Shown: one piece after another, positions 38,000 to 51,710 of the stretch
How the letters are laid out: every line of letters begins with the position of its first letter
Position numbering within the stretch: the stretch's first letter is position 1
Origin: Octopus bimaculoides
Taxonomy: Eukaryota
Direction of reading: 5' to 3'
DNA: 62,337 nucleotides
Assembly: GCF_001194135.2 (NCBI RefSeq)
Contig: NC_068986.1
Span: 81,052,450-81,114,786, forward strand
The notes under the pieces: model-generated
The model's input: only the letters and a program-made list of their open reading frames with translations
Told to the model about the DNA's origin: nothing
The model's database searches: none
Program-made: the position numbers and the translations under genes

Positions 38000-38646
38000 T
38001 TCCTCCCCTTCCTCCCCTCCTTGAAAATTTCGAGAAAGTACCCACTCCTCCTCGGAATTTTCCAGGAACTCATTCCTCCTCTTTCTCCGCTCCGAGGACT
38101 TTACCAGAAAGTCTTTTCTCCCCAACCACGGACTTTTCCAGGAAATCCCGCCTCCTCGGACTTTTCCACGTGGTACTTCCTCCCCTTCCTCCCCTTCCTC
38201 CTAATCCTCGGACTTTTCCAGAAAGTCATTCCTCCCCTCCTTGGAATTTTCCAGGAAGTCCCACTCACTCCATCGGACTTTCCAGGAAGTCCTCCCTCCT
38301 CTTCATTCCCTTCCTCATCCCCGTGGAATTTTCCAGAAAGTCCTTCTCACCCCTCCTCGGACTTTTCCAGGAAGTCATTCCTCCCATTCCTCCACCTCCT
38401 TGGACTTTTCCAGGATTTTCTTCCTGCCCCCTTGGAATTTTCCAGGAAATCTCACATCCCCTTCTCGGACTTTTCCACGGAGACCTTCCTCTTCCCCTTC
38501 CTCAACTTCCTCTTCTCGGACTTTTCCAGGAAGTTCTTGCTCCCCTCTTTGGAACTTTCCGGGAAGTCTCACTCACCTTTCCTCGGACTTTCTTGGAAGT
38601 CCTTCCTCTCCTTCTTTCTCCCTCTTTGGACTTTTCCAGAAAGTTC
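38000..38646. repeat. Pyrimidine-rich minisatellite, ~16 units with core GGA(C/A)TTTTCCAG(G/A)AAGTC
   Basis: Core recurs every ~30-60 bp separated by variable CT-rich spacers; flanked by ~170-bp direct repeats 37834-38003 and 38647-38823. Confidence 0.92.
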
Positions 38647-39389
38647 GCGTTTGCGTCCCTGTAATGTAGCTGTTCAGCAGAAGAGAATGATAGAATAAGC
38701 ACAAGGCTTACAGGAAATAAGTCCAAGGGTCAATTTCTTCGACTAAAGGGTGGTGCTCCAACATGGCCACCGTCAACTTACTTAAAGAAGTAAAAGAATA
38801 AAAGAATACCAGAAAAATGTTCCGTACCACTAAACCAAGAAGGTTCTTTGAATATGTACGATGTATTTTAAGGTTAAATAGTAATTCTGTTTACATTTGT
38901 GTAACAGATATTTTGGTTGGATTATATAGTTATTGGTTTTACACTTGTTTCTATATTCTGTAACTGTCACAATATACTTTTCTAGGCCTGATTTTTTTGT
39001 GGGGAGGGGCCAGTTGATTAGATCGACCCCAGTACACAACTGGTACTTAATTTATCGACCCCGAAATGACGAAAGATAAAGTCGACCTTTATCTAGTCGA
39101 AATGCAAACATTTCTCATGGCACCAGTACACAATATAGATGCTTACATTTTTTATGTTTTCCGTTAATATTTCATGGGTCCAGCTAGTCATTATTATTAT
39201 TATTGTCATTTTCATTAGAATCTGCTTTCAATTCCGTTTCCATTTCTTGCCGACTGTCTTTCTGACACCTAGCGCAGAGAAACGTACTGTATATATTGGT
39301 AGATCATTAAAACAAGCACACCAGATTGCTTATTTACAGAGTCATGTGATAGAGAAAAAGGGGTAGACAGAGAAAAAAAGGAAAACATA

Positions 39390-39521
39390 TTATTATTATT
39401 ATTATTTTATGTTTGACTTTTGTTTTGCATTTGTACAAGTTGGATCCAAGTCTCACCCAGAGACCTCAAGAGACAACAAGTTAGAAGTTCATGTAGGTGT
39501 TATGCCTAGGGTACCATATAT
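39390..39521 (-). mobile_element. 3' end of a TAA-tailed LINE (probably R4/Dong-type); body lies in the N gap
   Basis: TAA tracts on both sides of the gap (39370-39387 and 39968-40062); reverse complement ends ...caaaacaaaagtcaaacataaaataataat. Confidence 0.5.
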
Positions 39522-39967
39522 NNNNNNNNNNNNNNNNNNNNNNNNNNNNNNNNNNNNNNNNNNNNNNNNNNNNNNNNNNNNNNNNNNNNNNNNNNNNNNN
39601 NNNNNNNNNNNNNNNNNNNNNNNNNNNNNNNNNNNNNNNNNNNNNNNNNNNNNNNNNNNNNNNNNNNNNNNNNNNNNNNNNNNNNNNNNNNNNNNNNNNN
39701 NNNNNNNNNNNNNNNNNNNNNNNNNNNNNNNNNNNNNNNNNNNNNNNNNNNNNNNNNNNNNNNNNNNNNNNNNNNNNNNNNNNNNNNNNNNNNNNNNNNN
39801 NNNNNNNNNNNNNNNNNNNNNNNNNNNNNNNNNNNNNNNNNNNNNNNNNNNNNNNNNNNNNNNNNNNNNNNNNNNNNNNNNNNNNNNNNNNNNNNNNNNN
39901 NNNNNNNNNNNNNNNNNNNNNNNNNNNNNNNNNNNNNNNNNNNNNNNNNNNNNNNNNNNNNNNNNNN

Positions 39968-40063
<96 letters not shown>

Positions 40064-42229
40064 CAATATTGGTTTCAAATTTTAGCACAAGACCACCAAG
40101 TTCGGGGCTGAGGTAAGTCGATTATTTCAATCCCAGTGCTTAACTGATACTTTATCGACCCCCGAAAGAAAGGCAAAAGTCAATCCCGACGGATTTTGAA
40201 GTCAGAACGTAAAGACTGACGAAGTGCCGCTAAGCATTTCGCCCAGCGTGCTAACGATTCTGCCCGCTCGCTGCCTTATCATCATTATTACTATTAATGT
40301 CGTTGCTGTTGTAATTATTATTTTCTCCATTCATTGTTCAACGAAGTACAGAATCTTATTCTGAGTCTGTTTCATAGTGTTTTGATATCACCATGGGTAA
40401 TATTTGTACAGTAATTTTACTACCTCTATCTAAGTCATGTATTTATTTGGTTAATCTGAACTGTTTTCAGCTATTTATCCAAGATGCTTAAATTTAACAA
40501 TTATTTCTGTTTTCAGTATCCATATTCTGGTATTTCTAGATCTTCTTACAGTAAACTTCCTCTTAACCAGTATTTAAATAACAAACACTCTCAAGCAATC
40601 GGCACCTAGAGAAAATAAATACTAAAAATAATAATTTCTGCGCAATCGCTTGTTCAGATTTGGGACCGAATGCTAGTTTTACCGACCATCAGATTCCAGT
40701 ACCGTTCAGTCGCTCATATATTTATTTCATTTACAGTTTATCCCTATTCCGGTGTTTCCATAAAATTTACTGGAATGCAGTAACTCATCTATAACATTGT
40801 CTTCGGTTAGTTAACGCAAGAGTGTAGGATTTACTCCGAAACAGCAGATGGATTTGATGGATATATATTTTCGTCTAGAGATGCGCATGTCGTAAACAGT
40901 GAATAGAACATTGGATTGTCTGCATTACACGACATGAAGTGTGGAGGCGCAATGGCCCAGTGGTTAGGGCATCGGACTCGCGGTCATAGGATCGCGGTTT
41001 CGATTCCCAGACCGGGCGTTGTGAGTGTTTATTGAGCGAAAGCACCTACAGCTCCACGAGGGTCCGGCAGGGAATGGTGGCGAACCCTGCTGTACTCTTC
41101 CACCACAACTTTCTCTCACTCTTACTTCCTGTTTCTGTTGTGCCTGTAATTCAATGGGTCAGCCTTGTCACACTGTGTCACGCTGAATATCCCCGAGAAC
41201 TACGTTAAGGGTACACATGTCTGTGGAGTGCTCANNNNNNNNNNNNNNNNNNNNNNNNNNNNNNNNNNNNNNNNNNNNNNNNNNNNNNNNNNNNNNNNNN
41301 NNNNNNNNNNNNNNNNNNNNNNNNNNNNNNNNNNNNNNNNNNNNNNNNNNNNNNNNNNNNNNNNNNNNNNNNNNNNNNNNNNNNNNNNNNNNNNNNNNNN
41401 NNNNNNNNNNNNNNNNNNNNNNNNNNNNNNNNNNNNNNNNNNNNNNNNNNNNNNNNNNNNNNNNNNNNNNNNNNNNNNNNNNNNNNNNNNNNNNNNNNNN
41501 NNNNNNNNNNNNNNNNNNNNNNNNNNNNNNNNNNNNNNNNNNNNNNNNNNNNNNNNNNNNNNNNNNNNNNNNNNNNNNNNNNNNNNNNNNNNNNNNNNNN
41601 NNNNNNNNNNNNNNNNNNNNNNNNNNNNNNNNNNNNNNNNNNNNNNNNNNNNNNNNNNNNNNNNNNNNNNNNNNNNNNNNNNNNNNNNNNNNNNNNNNNN
41701 NNNNNNNNNNNNNNNNNNNNNNNNNNNNNNNNNNNNNNNNNNNNNNNNNNNNNNNNNNNNNNNNNNNNNNNNNNNNNNNNNNNNNNNNNNNNNNNNNNNN
41801 NNNNNNNNNNNNNNNNNNNNNNNNNNNNNNNNNNNNNNNNNNNNNNNNNNNNNNNNNNNNNNNNNNNNNNNNNNNNNNNNNNNNNNNNNNNNNNNNNNNN
41901 NNNNNNNNNNNNNNNNNNNNNNNNNNNNNNNNNNNNNNNNNNNNNNNNNNNNNNNNNNNNNNNNNNNNNNNNNNNNNNNNNNNNNNNNNNNNNNNNNNNN
42001 NNNNNNNNNNNNNNNNNNNNNNNNNNNNNNNNNNNNNNNNNNNNNNNNNNNNNNNNNNNNNNNNNNNNNNNNNNNNNNNNNNNNNNNNNNNNNNNNNNNN
42101 NNNNNNNNNNNNNNNNNNNNNNNNNNNNNNNNNNNNNNNNNNNNNNNNNNNNNNNNNNNNNNNNNNNNNNNNNNNNNNNNNNNNNNNNNNNNNNNNNNNN
42201 NNNNNNNNNNNNNNNNNNNNNNNNNNNNN

Positions 42230-42261
<32 letters not shown>

Positions 42262-42585
42262 ATGCGTGTGTGCGTGTGTGTGTGTGTATGTGTAACACGT
42301 ATACGCACATATATCGAGTAAATTCTAAGAAGAAGTGTTGTACTAAATGACCTCCACAACACCTGACATACCTAATGAAGCAGGTAAGGTACCCTAGTTG
42401 TGCGTTTTCAATGAAAATCGCTTCAGCTCGAACGCTTTGGATGTACTTAAACAGTATGTTGTCACTTACACGTCACCATGACGACCTAAACGATGACGAT
42501 AAGGATCATAATAGTGATGTGACACCGGTAGTGGTGTTATTGTTGTTGGTGGTGATGATGACGACGATGATGACGACGACGGCGA

Positions 42586-42617
<32 letters not shown>

Positions 42618-42619
42618 GC

Positions 42620-42653
<34 letters not shown>

Positions 42654-42933
42654 ATGATGATGAACAGGAGGATGAGGATGGGATGGGATAATCTCAGCAA
42701 CGATAGCAATGTGAACGATTGCAATCGCCGTCATCATCATCATCATCATCATCAACAACATCCTCATCATCATCGTCGTCATCATCATCATCATCATCAT
42801 CATTATCGACATCATTTTCATCTACATAGCCATATCTAGCTGCCTATCTATTTTTACACAATGTGTACGTGTATATATGTGTCTATGTATGCGTATGTGT
42901 ATATGTATGCATGTACATCTATCTATCTATCTA

Positions 42934-42967
<34 letters not shown>

Positions 42968-43051
42968 TTTAAAAAAACAATAACAAAAAAACAACAAAGT
43001 GAGGACGTGATACGGATAGTGTTATTGGACGCTCGGGAAAGGAAAGAGAGA

Positions 43052-43111
<60 letters not shown>

Positions 43112-43369
43112 GCACACACACACATATACACACACACAGGTATAGATATGTATACATATTTAGATAGATAGATAGATAGATAGATAAGTAGGTTAGTATG
43201 TAGGTAAGTAGGTAGGTCAAAATGGCTTCCACAGGCTGACTCAAATTCATGAAAATCTATCTCGTGTGTAGATTTCTATGTCTACAACTTCATAGTTCCA
43301 AAGAATACATACAGGTACCTGTATCGAAGTCAGACTCTCTTCGTCATGTTTGCTAAAATGAAATCTGAG

Positions 43370-45200
43370 ACGTTGTGCTACATTATAGCTTATAAAAAAC
43401 GAATTTTTTCATGCATTTGCAAGATGTATTTAACGATGTAGCTGGAAGAAAGCTTGGTCAGCTTCGCATTCTTCTTTCAAATTTAGTTGGCAGATCTCAG
43501 TACATGCACATATGAATACAATGTGTAGTACCATGAAGTCACCCAGAGCTCTTCATTATTTTCATCTGCAGCTTCAACTGGAAAGGATCTCGAGAGATCT
43601 TTTTCGGCCACAGGTGTGATCTTATAGCCAGGTTTCTCAACTTGAAACTGAGGAAAAAGTGGTATTTTATTACTAAATGTCCAATATACAGATCAATGAA
43701 GTGTCATATGTAAACTATAGAATGACAAAAAGAGTGTTGGCGACGTAAAGGTATTTTGATATTTTTCACAAATAAAACTCACTTAAATCAAATTGATTCA
43801 ATCATATCAGGAGAGATTCCGGATTCTGGCATGAATAAAGTGCTCTTCAGTATTATTAAAATCTAAATGAAACGGGACATCTACAATGCTCTCAATAGGA
43901 ATTCTTCTTGCATAAAACACAACAAAATTACCTAAACAATTTCCGAGACAATTTGTGAAGAAGACCCAAATGGGTTAAGAGGGCAGAACATCACCAGAGG
44001 ATGGAGGCTTCCAAAACTTGGTAGACGGCGTGTAATTGACTACTGAAAGATAACTCCTTATTACCCACACCTGGCCAAGATGTTATGCCCTCATAAGTTT
44101 TGAGTTCTGAAGTTTTGTCCATGAAATATGTCAACAAGTGGGGTCTTAAACTGAAATGTTTGATCTGACGCAGCGAAACAGTCACGATGAAGTTACCCAG
44201 TATCATCAGGGACAATGAGGTTCTCAGTCACCTTTTCGTCTTTAACATTCATAATCTTGCTGTCAACTTGGAAAATGACCAACAGCTGCAACACAATAAG
44301 TACGAGGTGCAAAGGACACAACGTTTACAGCCTTCTTCACACTATACCAATATGATCCCTTTGCAAAAATATTACTCTACCATGAGTTTCCGACCATGGA
44401 ACAAAAGCAACGGAGAGGAAGAAAAACAAGTGCACCAGTTTAAAGCAAACTTAACATGAGTTTTGATAGTGCTTTAAAAAAGAGTATACTATATATGCCA
44501 GTCGACAGAAATGCTTCTTTCTACGACTTCTCAGTTTACGAGTTTCAAATACATTACAAGATCTTAAAATAGTAAACAGTGGCGTTTGCTCCATTTAGAC
44601 AGTGATATGATTTATACTTGGATTGCTAGAGAAGAATACTCAATTGGATGCGACAATGTCAGAGACTTTTCCATCTCAAACAACAGTGTTCTTTTTTACA
44701 ATTCTGTTAAAATGCTGTGATGCATTCAATTTGCTGCATTTTAACCGTGTTGAAGATATTAAGTATCAAACTCAACGTGTATAATCCAGTATAGAATTAC
44801 GATAGAACCAAAGTCACCCATTAAAAAGATTAAAGTTGTCTTTTCAAATAGTGCCACCGCGCTCTTTCCAGGAACAGAGTATAGTGCAGTGTATAATATG
44901 GTCCAACTTCTCTTGGACTTAGGTACAAATGATGCAGAGTTACCAAGTCTTCAAAAACCGGACATGTTCTTAAGATATGCTAAATGATTTAATGGGTTGA
45001 AAGCATAAAGGATGTTTTGGGAACGCTGAGCAGAACATTAGAGGTGTTATATGATAATAAATCTCAAATGGCAGGAGTAGCAATGATGGTTTCCGACAGA
45101 ACCTTCCAGTGATCCGAAAAAGAACAAAAGTTTATGAAATCCGTGCTTACCTTAATTCTTTCAAAATGTTTACAAATATGATGATTAATCTGTAGACTAA
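43370..45200 (+). mobile_element. Decayed Helitron RepHel (Rep domain to PIF1 helicase middle)
   Basis: Frameshifted matches to Helitron motifs: HPELFIIFICSFNWK (RPDLFITFTCNPKW), IISGEIPD, KQFPRQF, NLAVNLEN, LGLLEKNTQLDATMSE, FRQNLPVI. Confidence 0.85.
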
Positions 45201-46329
45201 TGAAGTTCGTAAAATAATCATTCCTTTGTCATTCCTCTTTCTTACTACCTACCGCTCTTTACTCAGCCAGCACTTCGTTCTGAAACATACGTACATTGAG
45301 TTATACACCGGGTTATTGATCTCGCAATACCTAAGCGAAATATGCACATATATATACATGTATATATATTTATGCATAGACTTGTGTTTACTAAAAGCCT
45401 TTTCAGTGGATTTGGTAGATGGAAACAGCAAGAAGCCCGCCGTATGTGGATATATATATACATATATATATAGCATGACCGCAGCCACTTGGCTGAAACA
45501 CATAAATAAATAAATAAAAATATATATATANNNNNNNNNNNNNNNNNNNNNNNNNNNNNNNNNNNNNNNNNNNNNNNNNNNNNNNNNNNNNNNNNNNNNN
45601 NNNNNNNNNNNNNNNNNNNNNNNNNNNNNNNNNNNNNNNNNNNNNNNNNNNNNNNNNNNNNNNNNNNNNNNNNNNNNNNNNNNNNNNNNNNNNNNNNNNN
45701 NNNNNNNNNNNNNNNNNNNNNNNNNNNNNNNNNNNNNNNNNNNNNNNNNNNNNNNNNNNNNNNNNNNNNNNNNNNNNNNNNNNNNNNNNNNNNNNNNNNN
45801 NNNNNNNNNNNNNNNNNNNNNNNNNNNNNNNNNNNNNNNNNNNNNNNNNNNNNNNNNNNNNNNNNNNNNNNNNNNNNNNNNNNNNNNNNNNNNNNNNNNN
45901 NNNNNNNNNNNNNNNNNNNNNNNNNNNNNNNNNNNNNNNNNNNNNNNNNNNNNNNNNNNNNNNNNNNNNNNNNNNNNNNNNNNNNNNNNNNNNNNNNNNN
46001 NNNNNNNNNNNNNNNNNNNNNNNNNNNNNNNNNNNNNNNNNNNNNNNNNNNNNNNNNNNNNNNNNNNNNNNNNNNNNNNNNNNNNNNNNNNNNNNNNNNN
46101 NNNNNNNNNNNNNNNNNNNNNNNNNNNNNNNNNNNNNNNNNNNNNNNNNNNNNNNNNNNNNNNNNNNNNNNNNNNNNNNNNNNNNNNNNNNNNNNNNNNN
46201 NNNNNNNNNNNNNNNNNNNNNNNNNNNNNNNNNNNNNNNNNNNNNNNNNNNNNNNNNNNNNNNNNNNNNNNNNNNNNNNNNNNNNNNNNNNNNNNNNNNN
46301 NNNNNNNNNNNNNNNNNNNNNNNNNNNNN

Positions 46330-46381
<52 letters not shown>

Positions 46382-46540
46382 GAGGGAAATAAATTATAAA
46401 CCGATTATACATTTCATCAGAATGTCGCAAATCAAATAAGAATGTGTGTGTGTCTGTGTATGTGCGTGTTGAGTGTGTGTCTGTGTGTGTGTGAGAGAGA
46501 GAGAGAGTGAGTGGGTGTGTGTGTATGTGTGTGTGTGTGT

Positions 46541-46582
<42 letters not shown>

Positions 46583-47041
46583 GTATGCGTGACTGAGTAT
46601 GGGATTATTTTCGAGTCAGTGACCATTTTCCGTATTGAGTTCATTATATGTAATAATGTGCAATACATGTAGAAATGTGTGCGTGCGTGTATGTGTGTGT
46701 GTGTGTGTGTGGATATCACTTGGTGGAGTGCACTTACCTTTGTATGTGTGCATGTATGTGATGTGTGTGTGCCTGTATGTGTATGTGTGTTGGGTTTATA
46801 GATACATCTTTATGTGAATATAAGTAGTGTCATCTGCAAAGACGGATATATATATATACACACATATATATATATAGATATATATATATACATGCTTAAG
46901 CATATATGTGTATATATACATATATGTATGCGTGTGCTCATGTGTATATATGTATATACGTATATATATATGTATATATATATATATATGTATATATATA
47001 CATATATATATATATGTATATATATACATACATACACACAT

Positions 47042-47090
<49 letters not shown>

Positions 47091-48313
47091 NNNNNNNNNN
47101 NNNNNNNNNNNNNNNNNNNNNNNNNNNNNNNNNNNNNNNNNNNNNNNNNNNNNNNNNNNNNNNNNNNNNNNNNNNNNNNNNNNNNNNNNNNNNNNNNNNN
47201 NNNNNNNNNNNNNNNNNNNNNNNNNNNNNNNNNNNNNNNNNNNNNNNNNNNNNNNNNNNNNNNNNNNNNNNNNNNNNNNNNNNNNNNNNNNNNNNNNNNN
47301 NNNNNNNNNNNNNNNNNNNNNNNNNNNNNNNNNNNNNNNNNNNNNNNNNNNNNNNNNNNNNNNNNNNNNNNNNNNNNNNNNNNNNNNNNNNNNNNNNNNN
47401 NNNNNNNNNNNNNNNNNNNNNNNNNNNNNNNNNNNNNNNNNNNNNNNNNNNNNNNNNNNNNNNNNNNNNNNNNNNNNNNNNNNNNNNNNNNNNNNNNNNN
47501 NNNNNNNNNNNNNNNNNNNNNNNNNNNNNNNNNNNNNNNNNNNNNNNNNNNNNNNNNNNNNNNNNNNNNNNNNNNNNNNNNNNNNNNNNNNNNNNNNNNN
47601 NNNNNNNNNNTATATGTGTGTGTGTGTGTGTATGTATATATACATACATACATACATACATACATACATACACACACACATCTACATATATTTATTTATA
47701 CGACGATATAACCGCATAGCTAAATAGCTGCCGGGATACTAAATATTACGTGTGTGTGAGCGGCTATGTGTACGTGTGTATATAAGTATGTATATATTTG
47801 TGTATGTAGCTATGTATATATGTGCGTGTATAAGCTGTCACTTTGTATGTGTGCGTAATTACACGCACACATGCACCTGTACAATCAACATACAACAAAT
47901 ATTTCATCACGATCGACATAGTTTCCGGACCAACTGCACCCGTTTGCTACCCGATGTCATCAGGGTATATACGTCCATTCACCTCTCCATCCAGTACATG
48001 TTGTCACCAGTCGCTTGGTTAAACCGCAATACATCGATCTAAGAGTCGACCAGAACATTTCACAAGGAACTATTTCAGACATTTCCGTACTACAGGAATG
48101 TACACAGTGGAATGTGATCACTGTTCATTCTTTACAATTACACTTCCGCCATTCCAATGGGACCGGCTTTGTCCTAACAAATTCACTCCCCACTCATCTG
48201 GCTCTACGTTCGATCCTGGGCAAGACTTTTCCATTGTAATCTCCGAATTGATTGGCCAACGAGTGGACAATGGCTTGCAAGTTCGATTTGAAAAAAAACA
48301 CGCACGGTTTTAA

Positions 48314-48352
<39 letters not shown>

Positions 48353-48744
48353 CGTTTGTGTGTGCGCGAGTACGTGTGTGTACGTTTGTGTGTGTGTGTG
48401 CGTGTACGTTCGTGTGTGTGAGCATGTATATGTTTGTGTGTGTGTGTCTGTACGTTTGTGTGTATGTTTGTGTGTATATGTGTGCGTGCGTCTGCGTGTG
48501 TGTGCGTCTGTGTGTATGTCACTGTTTGTGTGTGAGTTTTCTCTTTTTTTTTCTTATCTTATTTACTTATGTCAGTCATTAAATTTTGGCCCTAACTTTT
48601 TTTAAGCCTGACAATATTCTATGGTTTTTTTGTTTTTTTTTTTCGTGCCGAACCGATATGTTACGGGAATGCAAACAGACCGACACCTATTGTAAAGCGG
48701 TGAGAGGACACGCACACACATACACACACACTCACATATACACT

Positions 48745-48799
<55 letters not shown>

Positions 48800-49257
48800 A
48801 GATACAGTGTACTGTTCGCTTTCACATAGAATTATCAAAGAAAAAAAATGATAAAAGTACTCAATCCAGCGCAAAAAGTAATTCACGTAAAATTCTTGCA
48901 TTCATTAAACTATATATGATTGACAATATCATATATAATTTAATGAAAACAGGAGTATGCCGTTGTTGATCAACGGTATTGCAGAAACAGTAACTTAACC
49001 ATTTCTGCTGCGCCTGGTTTTCATAAACAATTTACCTAGCCCTACCTAAACTGACTACCACTTCACTCATGGATTTCCATGAAAGAAAGACAAGTCAACA
49101 CTTTCGCAGCATCCATAGAGCCTCAGGGGATGCCATATATTGATTAAGCACAACTGTACATATCTGCCTTAGGGTCCATCCCTCCAGAATTTCTATAAGG
49201 TGTTTACTCCGTTAGCCCTTTTTAAACTCACAATAAATTGCCCAACAATTATTATTA

Positions 49258-49310
<53 letters not shown>

Positions 49311-50400
49311 TGACTCTGGTTCGTACTTATTCCTGGTAGAACCGGTGCAGGTAGCGGGTTACTACCTGTAACCTTAGGTAACCACAAGCTTTCAATAGCT
49401 TTTCAAGTGCTTAAGACTCTCCTGATAATTTTACCTGTCCCTAAAGAAGCAAACTTTCGGTAGAAATTCTACAGGGCATTCTATTTCAACCTTCAACCAT
49501 TTGTCTGTATTTTTGCTTACAGTTCCCAATGCACGAATTATTATAGGCACAACCTTTTCTCTTTTCATATTCCAAATTCTTGTAATTTCAAATTTTGATG
49601 GATATCATTATTTTGTTGTTGCTTTTCGTCTTCTTTCTTTACGATCCTGCAATCAAACGGACATGATGAATCAATTAGCATGCAACTTTGCTTTTCTTTA
49701 TCTATTATTGTTATGTCTGATCTATTATTTTCTAGCTTTTTTTTTTACGTTTAAATAGGAAAGTCCCCCAGAATCTTACAATTCTCTGACACCAGCACTC
49801 TTTCGACCCGATTTTCATATCATGTGTCTCCGGCTTCAAATCCCCATTTCTGGCAAAGCTTCCAGTGTAAAACTTTTATTACTTCGTCAGGCCTCCATTT
49901 CTTATATTCTCCTTGTGTCAACTTGGGACTCTCTGCAACAATGTGTGCCACTATCTCGCTCCAAGTTCCAAGACTCTACATAATTTTGATACATACTTCC
50001 CATATACATTTTTCCTCAAGTTATTTGTTTCCATCGCTCGATCCTGGGCTGCAACAATTAGGCTCTCTGTTTCTTTTCTTAGTTGCCCTTTTTCAACAAA
50101 GCCCAGGATTTTGTTCCACATATATCTTCAGTGGCTCTCCAAAATTGATCATGCAGAGGTTTCTCGTCAATCTGTATAACGTGCTCACTTTAAATTCCAT
50201 TCTTGTCCTTTTTCTCCTATTCCACACTTGATTACCAATTCCTTATTCACTTCTTTAGTAGTTTCTCTGTGTTGTTGAGGGCACGGCTTGTGCAGAGCCA
50301 GTCCTACTCTCTCGTCTTTCAAATTTGTTTAGGTATGGTGCAACAAGATCCCAGTAGTTATCAGGATGTAAGATTTGTAAGGAGTTACCTTCTATTAGAG
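49311..50400 (-). mobile_element. R4/Dong-type LINE 3' ~1.1 kb (zinc knuckle and restriction-like endonuclease), decayed
   Basis: KKGQLRKETESLIVAAQDRA...CRV...HIVAES...LHWKLCQKWGF...LIDSSCPFDCRIVKKE...GTGKIIRRVL; ends in (TAA)n at 49250-49310. Confidence 0.88.
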
Positions 50401-50699
50401 GAGCAGCTAAAGAGTTGAGGGGCCTCATCTACTCTAAGTCCGTTAGGTGTCTGTGAGTAACCTTCTTCTGGAGTCAATTCCGTGACATACTAATTAACCT
50501 ATACCTGGGCCTCTTACAGGTTCTACTTCTCCAGGTCAGAGTACATCTGACCTGGAAACAATAGTGGCCAAGCGAATGTTTCACACACCTCAAAACTCTG
50601 GAACATCCGATCCAGGATCCCACTACTGTATGCAGTTTAAAGTCATATCCAGGACACACACATACACACCTACGCGCGCACATACATATATGTCTCACA

Positions 50700-51170
50700 G
50701 ACGAACTCGTCAATGGTCATCCAACGGCTGGGAGTGAGGGACCTCCTAATCTTTGTTTAGACATCTCCCTACGAAAGGAAAAGCTCTGATGACATCTCTC
50801 CACGAAAGGGAAAAATTCTGCAACTTCGCTTGCATCCAATGATGTAGTTTAGATCATCTTTTTGAAAAAATGCATACGTTGTTTAGAGAATGGAGTTGGC
50901 TTTGTGCAAGACCTTTCCTCACTTTAAAAAACTTCAGGCACAGGCATTGATTCATTTTTTAACATCTCTATTATGGGTCGCATACCATGGCTAACTGTAG
51001 CTGAAAATGCAAAACACTAAATGAAAAATTCCGTGACAGTATAAGGGATGTGGCAACGTAGATGGTAAGATCTCTGCACACCTTCTGCAAGAATCATCTG
51101 TTTTGCGTTTTCTGTGCAAAAGAATGTAGGTCTCTAGCAGGATTGAAAAGTCACAAACATTCTGACCATG
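50700..51170 (+). mobile_element. Old RTE-type LINE 3' fragment
   Basis: Ends in FCVFCAKECRSLAGLKSHKH, a C2H2-like motif typical of RTE ORF2 C-termini; heavily decayed. Confidence 0.45.
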
Positions 51171-51664
51171 TTTAAGAGAACGCTAAAGCGATGGCATTGC
51201 TCGAGATCGAGCTTTATGTACGTATGCATGTATGTATGTATGTATGTATGTATGTATGTATGTATGTATGTATGTATGTGTGTATNNNNNNNNNNATGTA
51301 TGTATGTATGTATGTATGTGTGTATGTGTGTATGTATGTAGGTGTGTGTGTTTCTATTTATATATGCGTTTACATGTATGTATGTATGCAAATTTGTATA
51401 TATTTGGATTTACTGAAGTGAGAATCAACCGGCTTTAGTAAATTTAATTAACTGGAGTTCTACACTAAGGTTAGCCAATATTGTTAACCGATAAGAGCGA
51501 GTACGGTACCCGCTAGGATTATATATCCCTCTTAGTCGAAATGATCGCAGAGCAACGTTAAATGAAGTGCTTTCTTCAAGAACACAATGCAACACGCAGC
51601 TTGGGAATCGAACACACGATCTCGCAATCGTGAGTGCAACACCTTAACCGCTAAGCCATGGGCC

Positions 51665-51710
<46 letters not shown>

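Noticed and set aside
38000-38646. CRISPR-like repeat-spacer appearance
   Set aside because: Eukaryotic context, degenerate repeats, low-complexity related spacers and no cas genes.
37937-38698. 253-aa and 222-aa Pro/Phe/Ser-rich ORFs
   Set aside because: All frames stay open because the C/T-rich minisatellite lacks stop codons; no domain or splice support.
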